Shown here piece by piece: positions 26,445 to 38,646 of a DNA stretch of 64,000 bases (position 1 is the first letter of the stretch; every line of letters begins with the position of its first letter). The notes beneath the pieces are model-generated. The model worked only from the letters and a program-made list of their open reading frames with translations, had not been told where the DNA came from and searched no databases. The position numbers were made by a program, and so were the translations under genes. Location of the stretch: NCBI GenBank assembly GCA_000182565.2, contig KQ257457.1. One strand, 5' to 3'. The DNA comes from Spizellomyces punctatus DAOM BR117. Its lineage: Eukaryota.

Positions 26445-28211
26445 CTATGAAAGTCTCTCGTCCAATACCCTCCCGGACCCATCCACAACAATAGACATCT
26501 CATCCACGCTGCTGTCATCTCCTCCATCTATCCACACCTCGTCCTCGCTATCACGGACGCTAGTCATTTCAGGTAGATCCGAGGGATTCCCAATGCGAAC
26601 ATTTACAATCGTCGCACCGTCATCAACACTTTCGACATCACCATCGCCATCAGATCCTTTCTCACTCGCCGTTTCGGGTAATGGATTGGCTGCCTCCGCC
26701 TCCGCACGTTCCCGGGCGGCTTTCCGTTGTCGGAATCTAAAGACAGCGCAACCGACCCATAACCCGACCGTCATAATGGGTAGTAACACCATACCAGCAA
26801 TGGCGAGTCTGGTCAGATCGCCGTTCCCGCCTCCATCTCCCGTAGATTTTCCCATCCCGCCATCATCTTTGGCGTCATTGGGGACATACGTCGTGCGGAA
26901 CCCTGTGTAGTTTGCCCACTGAAAAGAATCGACGGCATTGGTCAAATCGGCCAGAAAGGCTTCCCTCGTTGAGTTCAAAACTCGATAATCCAGCAATGTC
27001 CCAGCCTCCTGTCCTTTTCCCACCTCCACAGCTTCATACAGACAAACCATCTTCACTTTGGGAAAGGTATCCAAAAAAAGTTTGCTCATGTATTGCTGCC
27101 ACCAAGCTTGTTTTGTGGCCAGTTCGGTGGGAGCACCTGGAGACGTTGATGCGCCGGTCGTGGCGTTGAAGTGATAGACGGCACCAGTCTCAGCGAGCAT
27201 GACAGGTTTGTTCTTTTCTCGGCCGTATGCGTTGTAAAAATCGACAAATGAAGGGAGAAGTTTGCCCTGTAGGGCGTCTTCTATGGATGTTGCTGTGGGA
27301 ATAGAGTTTACGACCCAGGGGTAGCGCGCGCCCTTGTGGTAGATGGACAATCCAACCCAGTCTACCCATTCATCGCCTGGGTAATATGGTGAATATGGAT
27401 TGTCCAGTGCCGTGACGTTGCCGTCTTTGGAGGTGTCAAGTGCATCGTAATCAGCAGTCCCTCGTTTTACAGAGTAGTCGTCACCGGCCCACGGATATCC
27501 GTTTCCGTCCCACGGTGCCCATACAAGAGCAGTCTGGTTCGCTTCTGGTGTACTACGAAGTTTCTGACCAAGGTCCCTCCAAGTGTTGATGAAGAGGATG
27601 GGTTGTTGACCCCATGGAACCCAAGGAACATTCATTCCTGCATGGTGATAATGAGAACCACGCCGCAAATGCGGTTGGACTTGAACAAGCTTACCTGGTG
27701 CAAATCTCAATAAAACACCCCGTCCTCTCCTATTAAGCCCTTTGCAGATATTAACCACCATCTGCAAATCCTCTGGTCTTAAATTTTGCGAATCTAAGCC
27801 CTTCCGCGGGAATACACTCAAGTGCACTATAGCATCCGACGCCGTCTGATCGATCAATTCCAAATGATTTGCAGGGGATTTGGTTGCATAATCTTCCGGG
27901 GGTATGTAGAGTGTAAAAAGGAACACGGATGCGTTCCTTCCGAGATGTGAATTGAAAAGAGCGGGTGTGTCGCCGGTTGTGTTGAGCCAGGCGCCAAAGA
28001 GACGTTTTCCTGGTGGTGGCTCGAGCGTTGCGAGAGGGCCACTGGGGATCGACGGTTTTGATGTTGAATTGTTATTGGTGTTGTTGGTTGGCGCTCCACC
28101 TGCTGGGCCCTGTGCGTTCACCCGAGGGCTGACGAGAACGAGGAGGATCAAGGGCACCAAGACAAGGTACGCGAAGACAAGGTGTGGTGGTATACGTTGT
28201 TTTGCTGACAT
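26445..28211 (-). CDS. Type I membrane protein with a GH26-like (beta-mannanase fold) ectodomain
   Basis: Signal peptide; GH26-like motifs LRFAP-x-MN..W, ALVWAP, YYPGDEWVDWVGLSIY and KPVMLAETG; TM helix LAIAGMVLLPIMTVGLWVGCAVF followed by RFRQRK; acidic tail. In-frame 57-nt intron at 27638-27694. Confidence 0.8.
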   Translation of the reverse strand: MSAKQRIPPHLVFAYLVLVPLILLVLVSPRVNAQGPAGGAPTNNTNNNSTSKPSIPSGPLATLEPPPGKRLFGAWLNTTGDTPALFNSHLGRNASVFLFTLYIPPEDYATKSPANHLELIDQTASDAIVHLSVFPRKGLDSQNLRPEDLQMVVNICKGLNRRGRGVLLRFAPGKLVQVQPHLRRGSHYHHAGMNVPWVPWGQQPILFINTWRDLGQKLRSTPEANQTALVWAPWDGNGYPWAGDDYSVKRGTADYDALDTSKDGNVTALDNPYSPYYPGDEWVDWVGLSIYHKGARYPWVVNSIPTATSIEDALQGKLLPSFVDFYNAYGREKNKPVMLAETGAVYHFNATTGASTSPGAPTELATKQAWWQQYMSKLFLDTFPKVKMVCLYEAVEVGKGQEAGTLLDYRVLNSTREAFLADLTNAVDSFQWANYTGFRTTYVPNDAKDDGGMGKSTGDGGGNGDLTRLAIAGMVLLPIMTVGLWVGCAVFRFRQRKAARERAEAEAANPLPETASEKGSDGDGDVESVDDGATIVNVRIGNPSDLPEMTSVRDSEDEVWIDGGDDSSVDEMSIVVDGSGRVLDERLS

Positions 28212-29313
28212 GGTTGTTTTCTTTTTTTCTAAGTGGCTATCTAGCTTCTTTCAGTTTTTTGACAAGTGCGTGTGTGTGTGTGTACAAGTGCAATGGTAGG
28301 TGAAATATAAGGTCGTTCAGCAGTGCGCGCCAATAGCTGCTTCACCACAGTCTGCAGGTATTGGCGTGTTGTGTGGTGGGGGAAAAAAGATACCCGTTGG
28401 CGGGCGGTGCTCGGTCGTGCGCTTGCTGTTCACACCCACGTCATGGTTAACAATAAACCATGCAGGGATCCCTGAACTCGTCGCTCGCAATCCGCTGGTC
28501 GTTATTCTTTGTATCCTCGCCGTACAAGGCGAAAAAAGAGGTCCGAAAAGAACTCGTCCTCTCCAGCTCTGCAGGTTAAAAAATCGACGCGAAAACGGGG
28601 GGGTGTGCGCACAACGGCTTCTCGTTCAAAAAGTAAGCAAAAACGGGACTCGCCTCGTGTGTGCTGCAAAAAACTCGAAGTGTTCAGTTTAGTCAGAAGT
28701 GTTCCAAAAAACGCGACTTGCAAAATTGACTCTCGTGATTATCACATGATAGAATGTTTACGTCAGCGGATGATCGGACTATGGGGATGGAACACTTGTA
28801 CATGGCGCCATCGTCTGAACCGTTAATCACACTAGATCTCACCAATTTGCCATTCACATTATAGAATGGGAGAGGCAAAACAAATATCTACATTGACGGT
28901 TAGTTAACGTTTAACGGCTGCCGTTGTATCTTTCCGCACCCCATTCACCCAGAGTACGATCCATAGTAGAGTTCAATTGCACATGTCTCATCATGTATAG
29001 TATACGAGGGATAATTGAACTGCATATGATTAGAATGATAAAGGGAAATATATCTTGTAACAATACGCAAGAAGCAAAACCTCTTGGCATGTCCGAACGA
29101 ATGATGATTCACTTCTGGGTCACGTGGACACTGAGTCAGCAAAGCGATATTCAATTCTCCACCGGAAGGCGCCCTTCACACAACAAAGCAAATTGTAAGA
29201 TCGTATCGGAATCCACGTTTGGATTGAAGAGCAAGGCTGGCGCACGTTGCATATAGTGCATATTGCGACAAATTCTGGTCAATTTGTTAACTTGTTTGAT
29301 CCTGAATCCCACC

Positions 29314-30970
29314 ATGAACCCAGACGGCCCGGCCACACCGATTCCTCGAAAGCGCATCTTTCAAATGGGAAACACTCCTGAAAACCCAACAAGAAACGTC
29401 CCTAGATTCCAACCTTCAGAAGCGCAACATCAATCATACCCTCCTTCCTCGGTATCAGCTGGCCCATCCTTTCCAAAGCTCGGTACAAATAACCCGTTCC
29501 TTCGCACGACAACTCCCAAATCAACACCGCACCGCTCGATATCCTGTCGGCGTTCTCGAAGCGGAATTCGGGATCTGGCTGACGCAGACTCGGATGATTC
29601 AGACGACATGCATACTCGTCATCTGACTAGAACCCCCATATCGAGAAGATCGCAACACAAGTCGTCCTTGTCGATTCATGTAGGTCCTTTCGGGGGCGGA
29701 AACACGGTAATAAATAGTGCAAGCAGTAGTAGAGCATCCTTACTAGCCCGACGCAATTCAGATGCCATGGTGATGAATACGCTCACCGACGAGGCATTCA
29801 GTATGGATCCGATGGCTGTCGATGGTACACCGCGGAAGACGGGCAGTAGGAGGAGTTCGCTATCGGCATTATCGGCAAAACCACTGAATAGAATTGCAAA
29901 TTTGCTCAAGGTATGAACATACATCTTACTTTTTACATTTATGTGCCGATAAACAAACGTCTCAAACATAAATGTTAGGAAGAGGCAAAGCCATTTGATA
30001 AGGAAATCGCGCACGAAAAAGCAGTAAACCAAAGTTTCCCCACCCTTCACTCTGCGTTCAATCTCGAGTCACTAGAATCGATGCTAGAAGAATCACCTCC
30101 TGACTCGCCCTCGATGATGGATCCGTCAACGCCACGAAGCGATCGGGCAATGTCCATGTCACTTACTGCGGATAGCAGAGAGACCACACCAGAGAATCTT
30201 GGTGTTCCGGTACCTGTGCGCGCTGTTGCTATACCCAATTCAGCACTCAAGGACCCAGCTACATATGTATCACATTCTTCTAAATTGAACCCGGAGAATA
30301 GTGTATGGCTGAAACTTTGCCAGCGTCTTCAGAAAGCCTTCATATCTGACAATCATTCATTTTAGTTTATATCAAAACAGCAAGAAGTGATCATGTCGTC
30401 CCCCTCACTCTCGCCTGTTCATATGATGCTCGGAGGCTCTTCGCCCTCGGCGTCTGAACGTAAAGGAAAACGCAAACGTAAGCACATGATGGAAATTGTT
30501 CTTTATGATGCGTCTCATTTACACAAAGTACTGCAGTATCAGCCGACACTGACCGCTTCGAACCCTACAAGAGAATTCGCATGCCGTCCTCTCCCACCGT
30601 CCACTCACCAACGTACGCAGCTTCCTACTTTCCACCAATGGGCCCTCGAACAGGCTCCACACCTCCACCCTTCAGTCTTCCCTTCCCTTTGGTTTTTCAA
30701 CGACAGCGCTCGCCGAGTGTGTCAAGTACATCGAGTGGCTCTGGGAACATGTGGGGGGTCGAGAAAACGGGCGGGACGGGTGGAACGACCACAGGAGGAG
30801 AGAAATCGTCGAATAGCAATGGCAGTTCAAATGGAACCCCGATAATAGGACATGCTCTACACCCGCACCTTGCAAGTAGTAATCCACCACCGAGCCCAAG
30901 GACGTTGGGTCAAATGTTGAATTTGACAGGCACACAGGAAGGGTTTACAAAGATGAGTATTACCGAGTAG
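29314..30970 (+). CDS. Ser/Pro/Arg-rich low-complexity fungal hypothetical protein (multi-exon)
   Basis: Successive + strand ORF pieces linked by plausible GT-AG introns (first about 29911-29978). Short ordered islands EEAKPFDKEIAHEK and C-terminal EGFTKMSITE. Confidence 0.6.
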
Positions 30971-31320
30971 TTGATAAAATTGAGGGATGCAGTGGTTACT
31001 CGTCAGAATGTGGCAAGACGGATCAACAGGCAATGCCAGTTGCAGTGAGCTGCGCACTTGTACATGGAACTTAATCTGCTTATGTTCATATACCTAATGC
31101 GAAGCCACTGTCAATGGACGGGCTTCAACAAGGCCAGTAACGGCACATGTTTGTCAGGCAAAGGGATATCAACCCACAATTCTCTCTTAATTACTCTACC
31201 AAGAAACGACAAACGAGCAACATTTAAAAAGGTATTCACGACAAACTATCGGCCAATACGGGAGGAAACCACGCACGCCGACGAGCATCTTTCCAAAAAA
31301 CAAATAACCCTCCTTGCCTC

Positions 31321-32733
31321 TCAAAACCCATGTGCTCCACTGCCAATAATGCTGGCTCTCGGATTCTCAACCTCATTATCAGCCTTCACCCATATCAACA
31401 GCGGGCCCCACTCAGCCTCAACCCTTCCTCCTTGCGGGTGCGGTACAGTCGTGTACCCATGTTCTTTATAAAAATGCTCTGTATGCCACAAACTCCACAC
31501 TTCGATGGTTTCGATTCCGGGAAGACGATGCAGTTCTTTAATGAGTCGACGACTGAAGCCGAGTCCTTCGTAGGCTGTGTTGACGTAGAGTTTATCGATG
31601 CAGAGATGGCAGGAGTCTTCGGCGCCATGAAAGTACTGATGGATACAAACATGTTAGGAAAGAACACGTCAGACAATGTGGCCTTTAAACGTAGTACCTC
31701 GATGAATCCAACAAGATCCCGAGTAGATAGTGTGTCACTTGGTCTGTTTCTTCCTGTATCCGCCCGCCAATATGACAGGATGTGATGCTCAGTGTCATCC
31801 ACCAGCCCAACACGTGGAGGTGGCAGGTCTTCCCCCGTTCCGGTGGTTAAGAGCAGATTATGGCAAATGGCAATGAAATGCTCATCTCCCGGGCGCAAGT
31901 GGCGTACAGCGACTTTGGGCGCATGTCGTAACCCTGCAACCGGTTTCTCGGAGAGGGATGAACCTGCGGGAATGTGTAACTATCTAAAGCTTCAAAACGT
32001 GGTTGCTACGGAAACTTACGTCGCTCCAAATATGAAGTCTGCTGATGCAATGGTTCCTTTTCCAGCTCCATTGATTTATTTGACAAAGATTCATCGTCTT
32101 TCTGACTCAAATTGGACGTGACTTCGTCAGATCTCGCTTCGTTTGCATGTTGACCGCTCCTATCTTGAAGATCCGTTGAAGCAGAGTCGTTGTCTTCATT
32201 ACCAGATTCCGGTGTCCGAAGTATGGTAAACGCTGGATCTGAATCAGGCAGATCTTTACAATCAAAAAGATGAGCATCTCGCAGGATCAGAGCGCAGCCC
32301 AAAGAAGTATCTACATACCAACACCAAATTGCTCTCTTTTAACCGGGAACTCTCTTTTATTTTCCAACCACACAGACAGCCCTTGAAACACGAATTTGAA
32401 TTGGCCGATTAACGTTCGTCGACCTCTTAATAATGCTTTTATCATGTGCTTTTCAAGGTCAAGGATACCCATTATTGTTCTGACGCAAAAGAGACATATC
32501 GTGAATGCTGTGACAACAGGAACGGCTGCGACCGCTGCGAGGGGGAGGAAGACAAGGGATACAGGAAGGGCGAGGAGGGATGAGATGAGAAGGACGGCGA
32601 GGAGCCAGAGAGCTGCAAGGTGATAAAGACGCGAGGCAAATGTCGGACGGGAAACGGGAGAATCAGGCACTTGTGCTGCCTGCTCATGGTGGTGGGATGT
32701 AACATGGACGACGATACCGTTGGCTTGCGCCAT
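31321..32733 (-). CDS. GNAT-family N-acetyltransferase with an N-terminal hydrophobic hairpin
   Basis: Exons 32733-32319, 32253-32020, 31963-31698 and 31635-31321. The spliced C-terminus reads LVGFIE-YFHG..LCIDKLYVNTAYEGLGFSRRLIKEL..VWSLWHTEHFYKEHGY (GNAT motifs A and B). The last exon is absent from the ORF track. About 50-aa uncharged segment at the N-terminus. Confidence 0.72.
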
Positions 32734-32946
32734 GGTGTCCCTTTAGATGAATGCACAAGAAACAGATTGCAATGGAAATGTTTACGCTGTTGGTGTGGTT
32801 GGACCCTAGGTCACAGTTCGCGGGGGATGACGAAGGGAGACAGACACGCGACTTGATGGCTTAGTATTCGAGGCAAGTGACAGCACACTACCCTCAACTG
32901 TTGCTTTTTGTTGAAACAATTTCACACAATTTCAGCTCTTCGCACC

Positions 32947-33917
32947 ATGGCGAGTATTGCGCGAGGTCGAGGGAGAGGGGGAGGGCGACATACCGATGAC
33001 CCCATTGTCCGCATCTCAAAAGCAATGTCCTATGTCCTCCGCCATGGCGCCGCAAAAGACGGCATTCCGATACGTGCTGACGGTTATGTCCTTGTAGACG
33101 ACCTGGTAAATGACCATTCTTTTCTTACGCCATCCTTCCGAGCACTTGCGGGTTTCAACAGTGTTTGCATACACAGCTCAAACATCCCCGTCTTAAACAT
33201 GCATCCCTAACCACCATTCAACAAGTTGTGCAAGCAAATGACAAGCAGCGGTTCACACTTGTCCAGGAAGCAGTAGAGGGAACACATCAGAAGGTGTGGC
33301 TTGTTAGAGCTAATCAGGGGCATACACTACAGGTATGCTCAAATGAACTTGCATATCGCTTTTGGCGGCTTTTGGCTCCCCCGCCAACGACGAATTTGGA
33401 ACATTGACCAATCCGTTTTTCTGTGAACCAAAAGGTTGAGGTGGAAATGCAGCCCATAACATCTCCTGCAGAAGCCCCAATTGTCGTACATGGAACATAT
33501 GCAAAAAACTGGCCGTCCATTCGTAAGTATGGATGGCAAAATATAAGTGTTCTGATAAACCCAAAACTGATATCCCCAATATCAAAAGAAAAACACGGGC
33601 TGAAACCAATGGCACGACAACACATCCACTTTGCTCCTGGCAAGCCGGGAGAAAATGGGGTGATAAGGCAAGTTGCTCAGGGTTCTTTGATTAACCACAC
33701 GTATCCAAAGAGGACAAAACACCTAAAAAAAACCCCCCAACTCTATTTTCTTTTAACCAGTGGAATGAGATCAACGTGTGATGTGTTCATTTACATTGAC
33801 ATGGCTAAAGCGCTTGCCGATGGAATTCCCTTTCTCCGCTCTGCTAATAATGTCATTCTGAGCGCAGGCAAAAACGGTGTCATTGGGCCCGAATATTTCC
33901 TCAAAGTTGAAAGATAA
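32947..33917 (+). CDS. TPT1: tRNA 2'-phosphotransferase (Tpt1/KptA family)
   Basis: SKAMSYVLRHGA, NDKQRF, RANQGH, VVHGT, RQHIHFA, SGMR and SANNVILS motifs across several short exons. Confidence 0.93.
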
Positions 33918-34143
33918 TATCGGGAGATTGTTTGTCTTGTATAAACCCCCTTCCTTCTTCTTCGCCTTTGCTTACTGCGCAATGAGCCCTTTTGACCGCT
34001 CTTGTATGACTGTGCCACAACCCTTCTGCTTAGAACATTAAAAGTTTAATAGTTAAAGGTTGGTGTTATTTATTTTGGACCACTAGCAACAGGTTTTTTC
34101 CGCTTTTCTTTTTTGTGTGTGTGATTATGTCCAAGGTGGTGAC

Positions 34144-35701
34144 ATGGCACTCACTTCCAGTTCAAAGGAAGGTCAGCATGAGAAGGATATGCCGTCCTCT
34201 CCTCCCATAACACCCACTCGCAGCTTACGGTCTCCTACCACCAACAGCCTCGCCGAAAAAATGGTTCAAAAAGCGGGACACCCTAGTACGGCTTTTCTAT
34301 ACGGGGTCGTCGCAGGAACATCTATGCTCAGCTTGATCCTCTTGGCATTGTATCTATGCTCTACAGGACACGGATGGGAGGAACTAAAAATGCAGAAACT
34401 GTTGTGGTGGGATGCGTGGTACTTGGGAAGAATATCAGAGCAGGATGTTGCAGAGTTGCCCATTGGATGCCTGGACTTTCATCTGAATTCCTTTGCTCGT
34501 GGAGAACGACATATCTCAGCTGATGACAATGAGAGATCCGTCACAAACAGTACGGTGCGGCCGACAGTAGCTGATCAAGAGGCTCATGCCTCCTCCAATA
34601 TTATCTTTCTCCATTTCAACACAAAGCTTTCAACGTTTCGCTACCTTTGTTCTGTCGAATCCGCTGCTCGCATGAACACCAAACATTCGATATCAATCCA
34701 CGCCGAAAACGTGATGGATTTCGAAACAAAACTCCAAGGATGGCGCTCTGCCGTGGGTCCCAAGATCGCGGGAAGAGTCAACGTCAAACCACTAGAGTAC
34801 GATGCGTACTTTGCAGACACACCGCTTGAAAAGTGGTGGAAGTCTGGATCATACAACAACAGCTATTGGGTTGGACAAAACTTGGGCAATGCTTATAGAT
34901 TGGCTGCGGTGTACAAAGAAGGTGGAACGTATCTAGACATGGACATTATCTCGCTCAATTCGTTAGGGGCGGCTGGGAGATATGTAGCTCGTGAACAGAT
35001 TGATGTGATCAATAATGCCGCATTGAGCTTTCCCAAGGGGGATGCGTTACTATGGGCGATAATGGAGGAGTTTGTAGCGGGGTGGAATGGGTACCTCTGG
35101 TAAGGCGCTTTCCAAGACGATGTCTTACATTATGCGAAACTGACATTTGCATTTTGACGATGGGTTACGTAGGGCAAATAATGGGCCATATGCCGTTACA
35201 CGCACCTTTCAAAAGAAATGCCAAAAGTCCGTCTACCACCTCGGACTCGTCCCAACCCAACCTCCCACCCCCAAAAACAAAACAACACAACATTTACGCC
35301 GCCAATCATCTCCCTCATATCTCCCTCAACCAACCCCAACCCGATCTATGAACCACCTCCTACCCCGCGCTAGAAAACCGGCGTTTGGCCTTTCCCATGC
35401 AGACTACACAGATCCCTCTATCCTCCACGACCACCCCTACTGCGCAGACATGAACGTGTTACGGCCATCCCGTTTCTATCCCATTCACTATTCGCGTCGC
35501 TCAAATTTAACCAACGACTGGACACTATCATGTGGAAAGTTGCAGGCAATGAAAAGAGAGAGTTTGGGCTTACATTGGTGGCACAAGATGGTGGCCGATG
35601 ACGAGCTTCTTCACAGAGAAAGTCTATTGGGCAGAGTCATGAGGACACAGTGTCCGGGTGTTGTAGATGCTTATGGACTGAGAGCGTTGGGAATAGAGTA
35701 G
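34144..35701 (+). CDS. GT32 DxD glycosyltransferase (alpha-1,4-glycosyltransferase / A4GALT-like), type II membrane protein
   Basis: N-terminal TM helix; CSVESAAR, YFADTPLEKW, RLAAVYKEGGTYLDMD, NNAALSF, W-ANNGP (spliced across intron 35100-35172), FYPIHY, GLHWW and terminal CP. Confidence 0.85.
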
Positions 35702-35889
35702 GGTAATAGAAGTCTTTTAATAGACCTTATATATAATGTATTTAGCTAGTCGTTGAACTACCAATAAAGCGACGAATTATTTTAAAGACAAACATTTCCC
35801 AACGCAGTTGGGCGATCTGCCGATATTAGAACTCGGACATGCTAACTTGGGATATATTCTAATTTGGCGGACCTCATGTATCTCATCGG

Positions 35890-36690
35890 ATCGGTAGCGG
35901 GGAACTCGTCGGCCACCCGTAAAATCGATCATCACCAACCAAAAGTAAAATGGAAAGGTATGCGTATAGTAGTGCCGGGTGATACTGTATATGAAAAGCT
36001 CTCTCCTATTCCAAGGTGCCTCCAGTTGGTGCGGCAAGCGTTCTTTCAAAAAACCACGTCTGTTTTTAGGTGGTGAGGAGACTATATCCCAATTCCATAC
36101 ACGTCATAGACCCATGCATCGCCTTTGTCACCACAGCACTGGTCAAATCCCCCGCATCCCCCAAGTCGCAATGACTGACTTGGACACAAAAATGGTCCAT
36201 GGGGCTTTGACCTACCTCAATGACAATCTTTGCTTTCTGGCTGTAACCATCAAAGTGGTCAATAAAATCTGGGTCGCCAACGACTTTGCGACGTCCAGAT
36301 TCCCTACAGAAACCAGGATTCGTAAAGAAAGCACTGCCAGTGTTATCAAATACGTATCTATGGAGCCTCGTATGGCGTCCTGCTCATCAAGTTACGGTTG
36401 ACATTATACTATTTCCGTTAACGGGCGGTAAGAGTTTTTCCGCTATAGTACTTTAGCGAAACAGTTGTCCCATGCTGACGAGTGTACATCCGTTCATGAG
36501 CTTAACATTGTCCTTTCCGTCCCTGTATGGGTCTCTCCCAAAATTATAGGTGGGAGCAGTGGGCATCTTTCTCCCATAAAAGTCTGCTGGTCGATAATGG
36601 GGATAGCAGTGTTGGGAGAGGCCCTAGATCTGCGGTGTTTGGATGGATCCGGATTGATGATAAGATTTAATTCATTACGTAATGGCAAGG
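35890..36690 (-). pseudogene. Decayed PD-(D/E)xK restriction-endonuclease-like domain gene (type seen in fungal Crinkler-like / kinase-associated proteins)
   Basis: Minus-strand fragments VVGDPDF (36284-36264), KIVIE-VKAPW interrupted by a 4-nt AGGT duplication (about 36209-36218), and MHGSMTCMELGYSLLTT*KQTWFFER with an in-frame TAA at 36068-36066. Further stops and frameshifts; boundaries approximate. Confidence 0.55.
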
Positions 36691-37488
36691 CAGAAGTGTG
36701 AAATCATGAGCCTCGCAAAATACGTTCATGCCTGTGTCATGATTACTCGTTTGCATGCAATACACATTGAGCAACCACGCATGAATATGGTGGATACCTG
36801 CCTTACTCACCCCCCACACTACCTGTTCGTAAAGAACGATTTGGCATCCTTTTCGTTCAACTGACGCCAACCACAAACCTTCTGAGACAGTGTATTGATC
36901 AGTGCACCCGAGTCAAATCCCTACAAGGGTTCTTTGTCCTCGTTAAAAAGATGCGTATGTGCCCCGTTTAAACCCCATAATCATGCACCAAGTAGCTTGC
37001 AACTCTGAAAGTAGGAGTCCTCTAAAATAAAATAAAAAAAAAAAAGGCGCGAACACCCGCCCAATCATTTATCCAAAAATAGAAATAGCCAATATGAAAT
37101 GTTTCTTTGTATCCCTAATGACCCAACCATAGTTCCGATAGTCTGGTAAGGGCCTCCAGTTGGAAGTTTGTTGCGGGTTAAGGCGAGATCACACCTTTTC
37201 GGACCTCACGGCCTTTTTGAACACTTTAAACGATTTTGGGATTATCATTTACTGCCTTGCATTCTTTGTCCGGTTTATTCGTTGCTTGTTGTCTGCCTGG
37301 GATCAGCATACCCATACCCCCCTCCGCCCCCCCACCCCCACCCCGCCGGCCGCTTGTCATCCGACACTTTATTACAATACCATGATGCTCGGTGGGTACC
37401 GCGCTAGAGATATTATGGTTCTGGCCAGCTTATTATCATCCGCCCGCTTCTACTTTTGGCTCATGCTTTCACCGTCTTATTGCCCTCA

Positions 37489-38646
37489 ATGGCCACACCA
37501 ATGTGTGTCCCATCCTGTCATTCATCCATGACAAAAATGTCAGCCCTGTCTGTCAACTCGCCGTTGACCGTTAATACCTCACCTTCTTCTTCTGGAGAGC
37601 GTTACATGGTAAGTAAGCCAAATCTGACATTTGAGCGGATGGCTAGCATCTGTCCATGGCAATGCCAATGGTTCATCTCTACCCGCCCATATTCGGTTGG
37701 AATTCTTATAACGGGCATTGACGTGTTCACACAGTGCCCCGTCAAATCCTGCCGCCAACTCTTCCAATACCGCGAGACCCTTGCACAGCACAGCCGCTCC
37801 CGACACAACCGAACATATGAACCCATCGTTCTTGATTCCACGCAAGAAGCTCCTGCTCCTCAACCCAGGCCTGCTAGGAACGGTTCTAATGCTCCTAGGC
37901 GATCAACAGACTTGTCTTCACCCGATGCCGCTCCTATCCCGCGTGAACTGGGATCGCTCTCTGAACCAGGATCTGATTCATCCGTTCAGCCTCGAATTAG
38001 TACTCGCTCAAAAAAGGTATTATCGCAATCATGTGTAGACCATGCTCTGGTTGATAAACTCATGCGGTGGCTATTTAGCGCAAAGTGGACGCACCTCCAC
38101 CCCCTAGTAAACGCCCCAAGCGTGGCAACGACAGGAAAGCTGTGGTAAATGCGCAGACTTGCAGGCGTTTATTCAAGGTTGGGAGTTCTCATCATATGTT
38201 CAGGATGAAGAACCGGTCCATGAAGAATCATCTGAACTGTGGAAGGAAATCCAGCAATTCGATGAGCACGCAAAGTTGATGACCAAATACGAGTATTGGA
38301 TGAACCGATATCAGCAGGATCTGCATGACATTATGGTATGCATTATGGGCATTCAATCCGCGGGAGAGCGGCGATCACAGCCCACGTTGCAACCAGTGTA
38401 TTAAACGTTTGCTGCTCACTCCAGGACCGCTACAAAGCAATGGCAGCCAACGAGCCAAACCCTGCGTCCATCATTAACCCCTTTGCAGATCGCATACGAG
38501 AACTGGAAGTAGAGGGTCAAGCCCTCAAAAGTCGCATCCAGCGTGTAGCCGAAAACGTCGAAACAGGCGTACTTGCGTCATTGCGAAGTCAACTGGCTGA
38601 AAAGGAAAGAGCCAGGAGGGAAGCTACTGAAGCAGGTGATGGTTGA
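37489..38646 (+). CDS. Single C2H2 zinc-finger protein with NLS-like segment and C-terminal coiled coil
   Basis: Splicing of intron about 37609-37734 gives ERYM-CPVKSCRQLFQYRETLAQHSRSRH. Also PPPPSKRPKR and a heptad-rich end (RIRELEVEGQALKSRIQRV). Start codon uncertain. Confidence 0.65.

Noticed and set aside
28266..28284. (GT)n tract and scattered poly-A/T runs
   Set aside because: Short simple repeats; no array, spacer or terminal-repeat structure.
31321..32733. GNAT gene as the siderophore acyltransferase
   Set aside because: It lacks the AlcB/IucB-type motifs, and that function is already present in the SidA fusion.
38143..38165. Possible 20-nt micro-intron in the C2H2 gene
   Set aside because: A normal intron of about 59 nt to the acceptor near 38203 explains the frame change.
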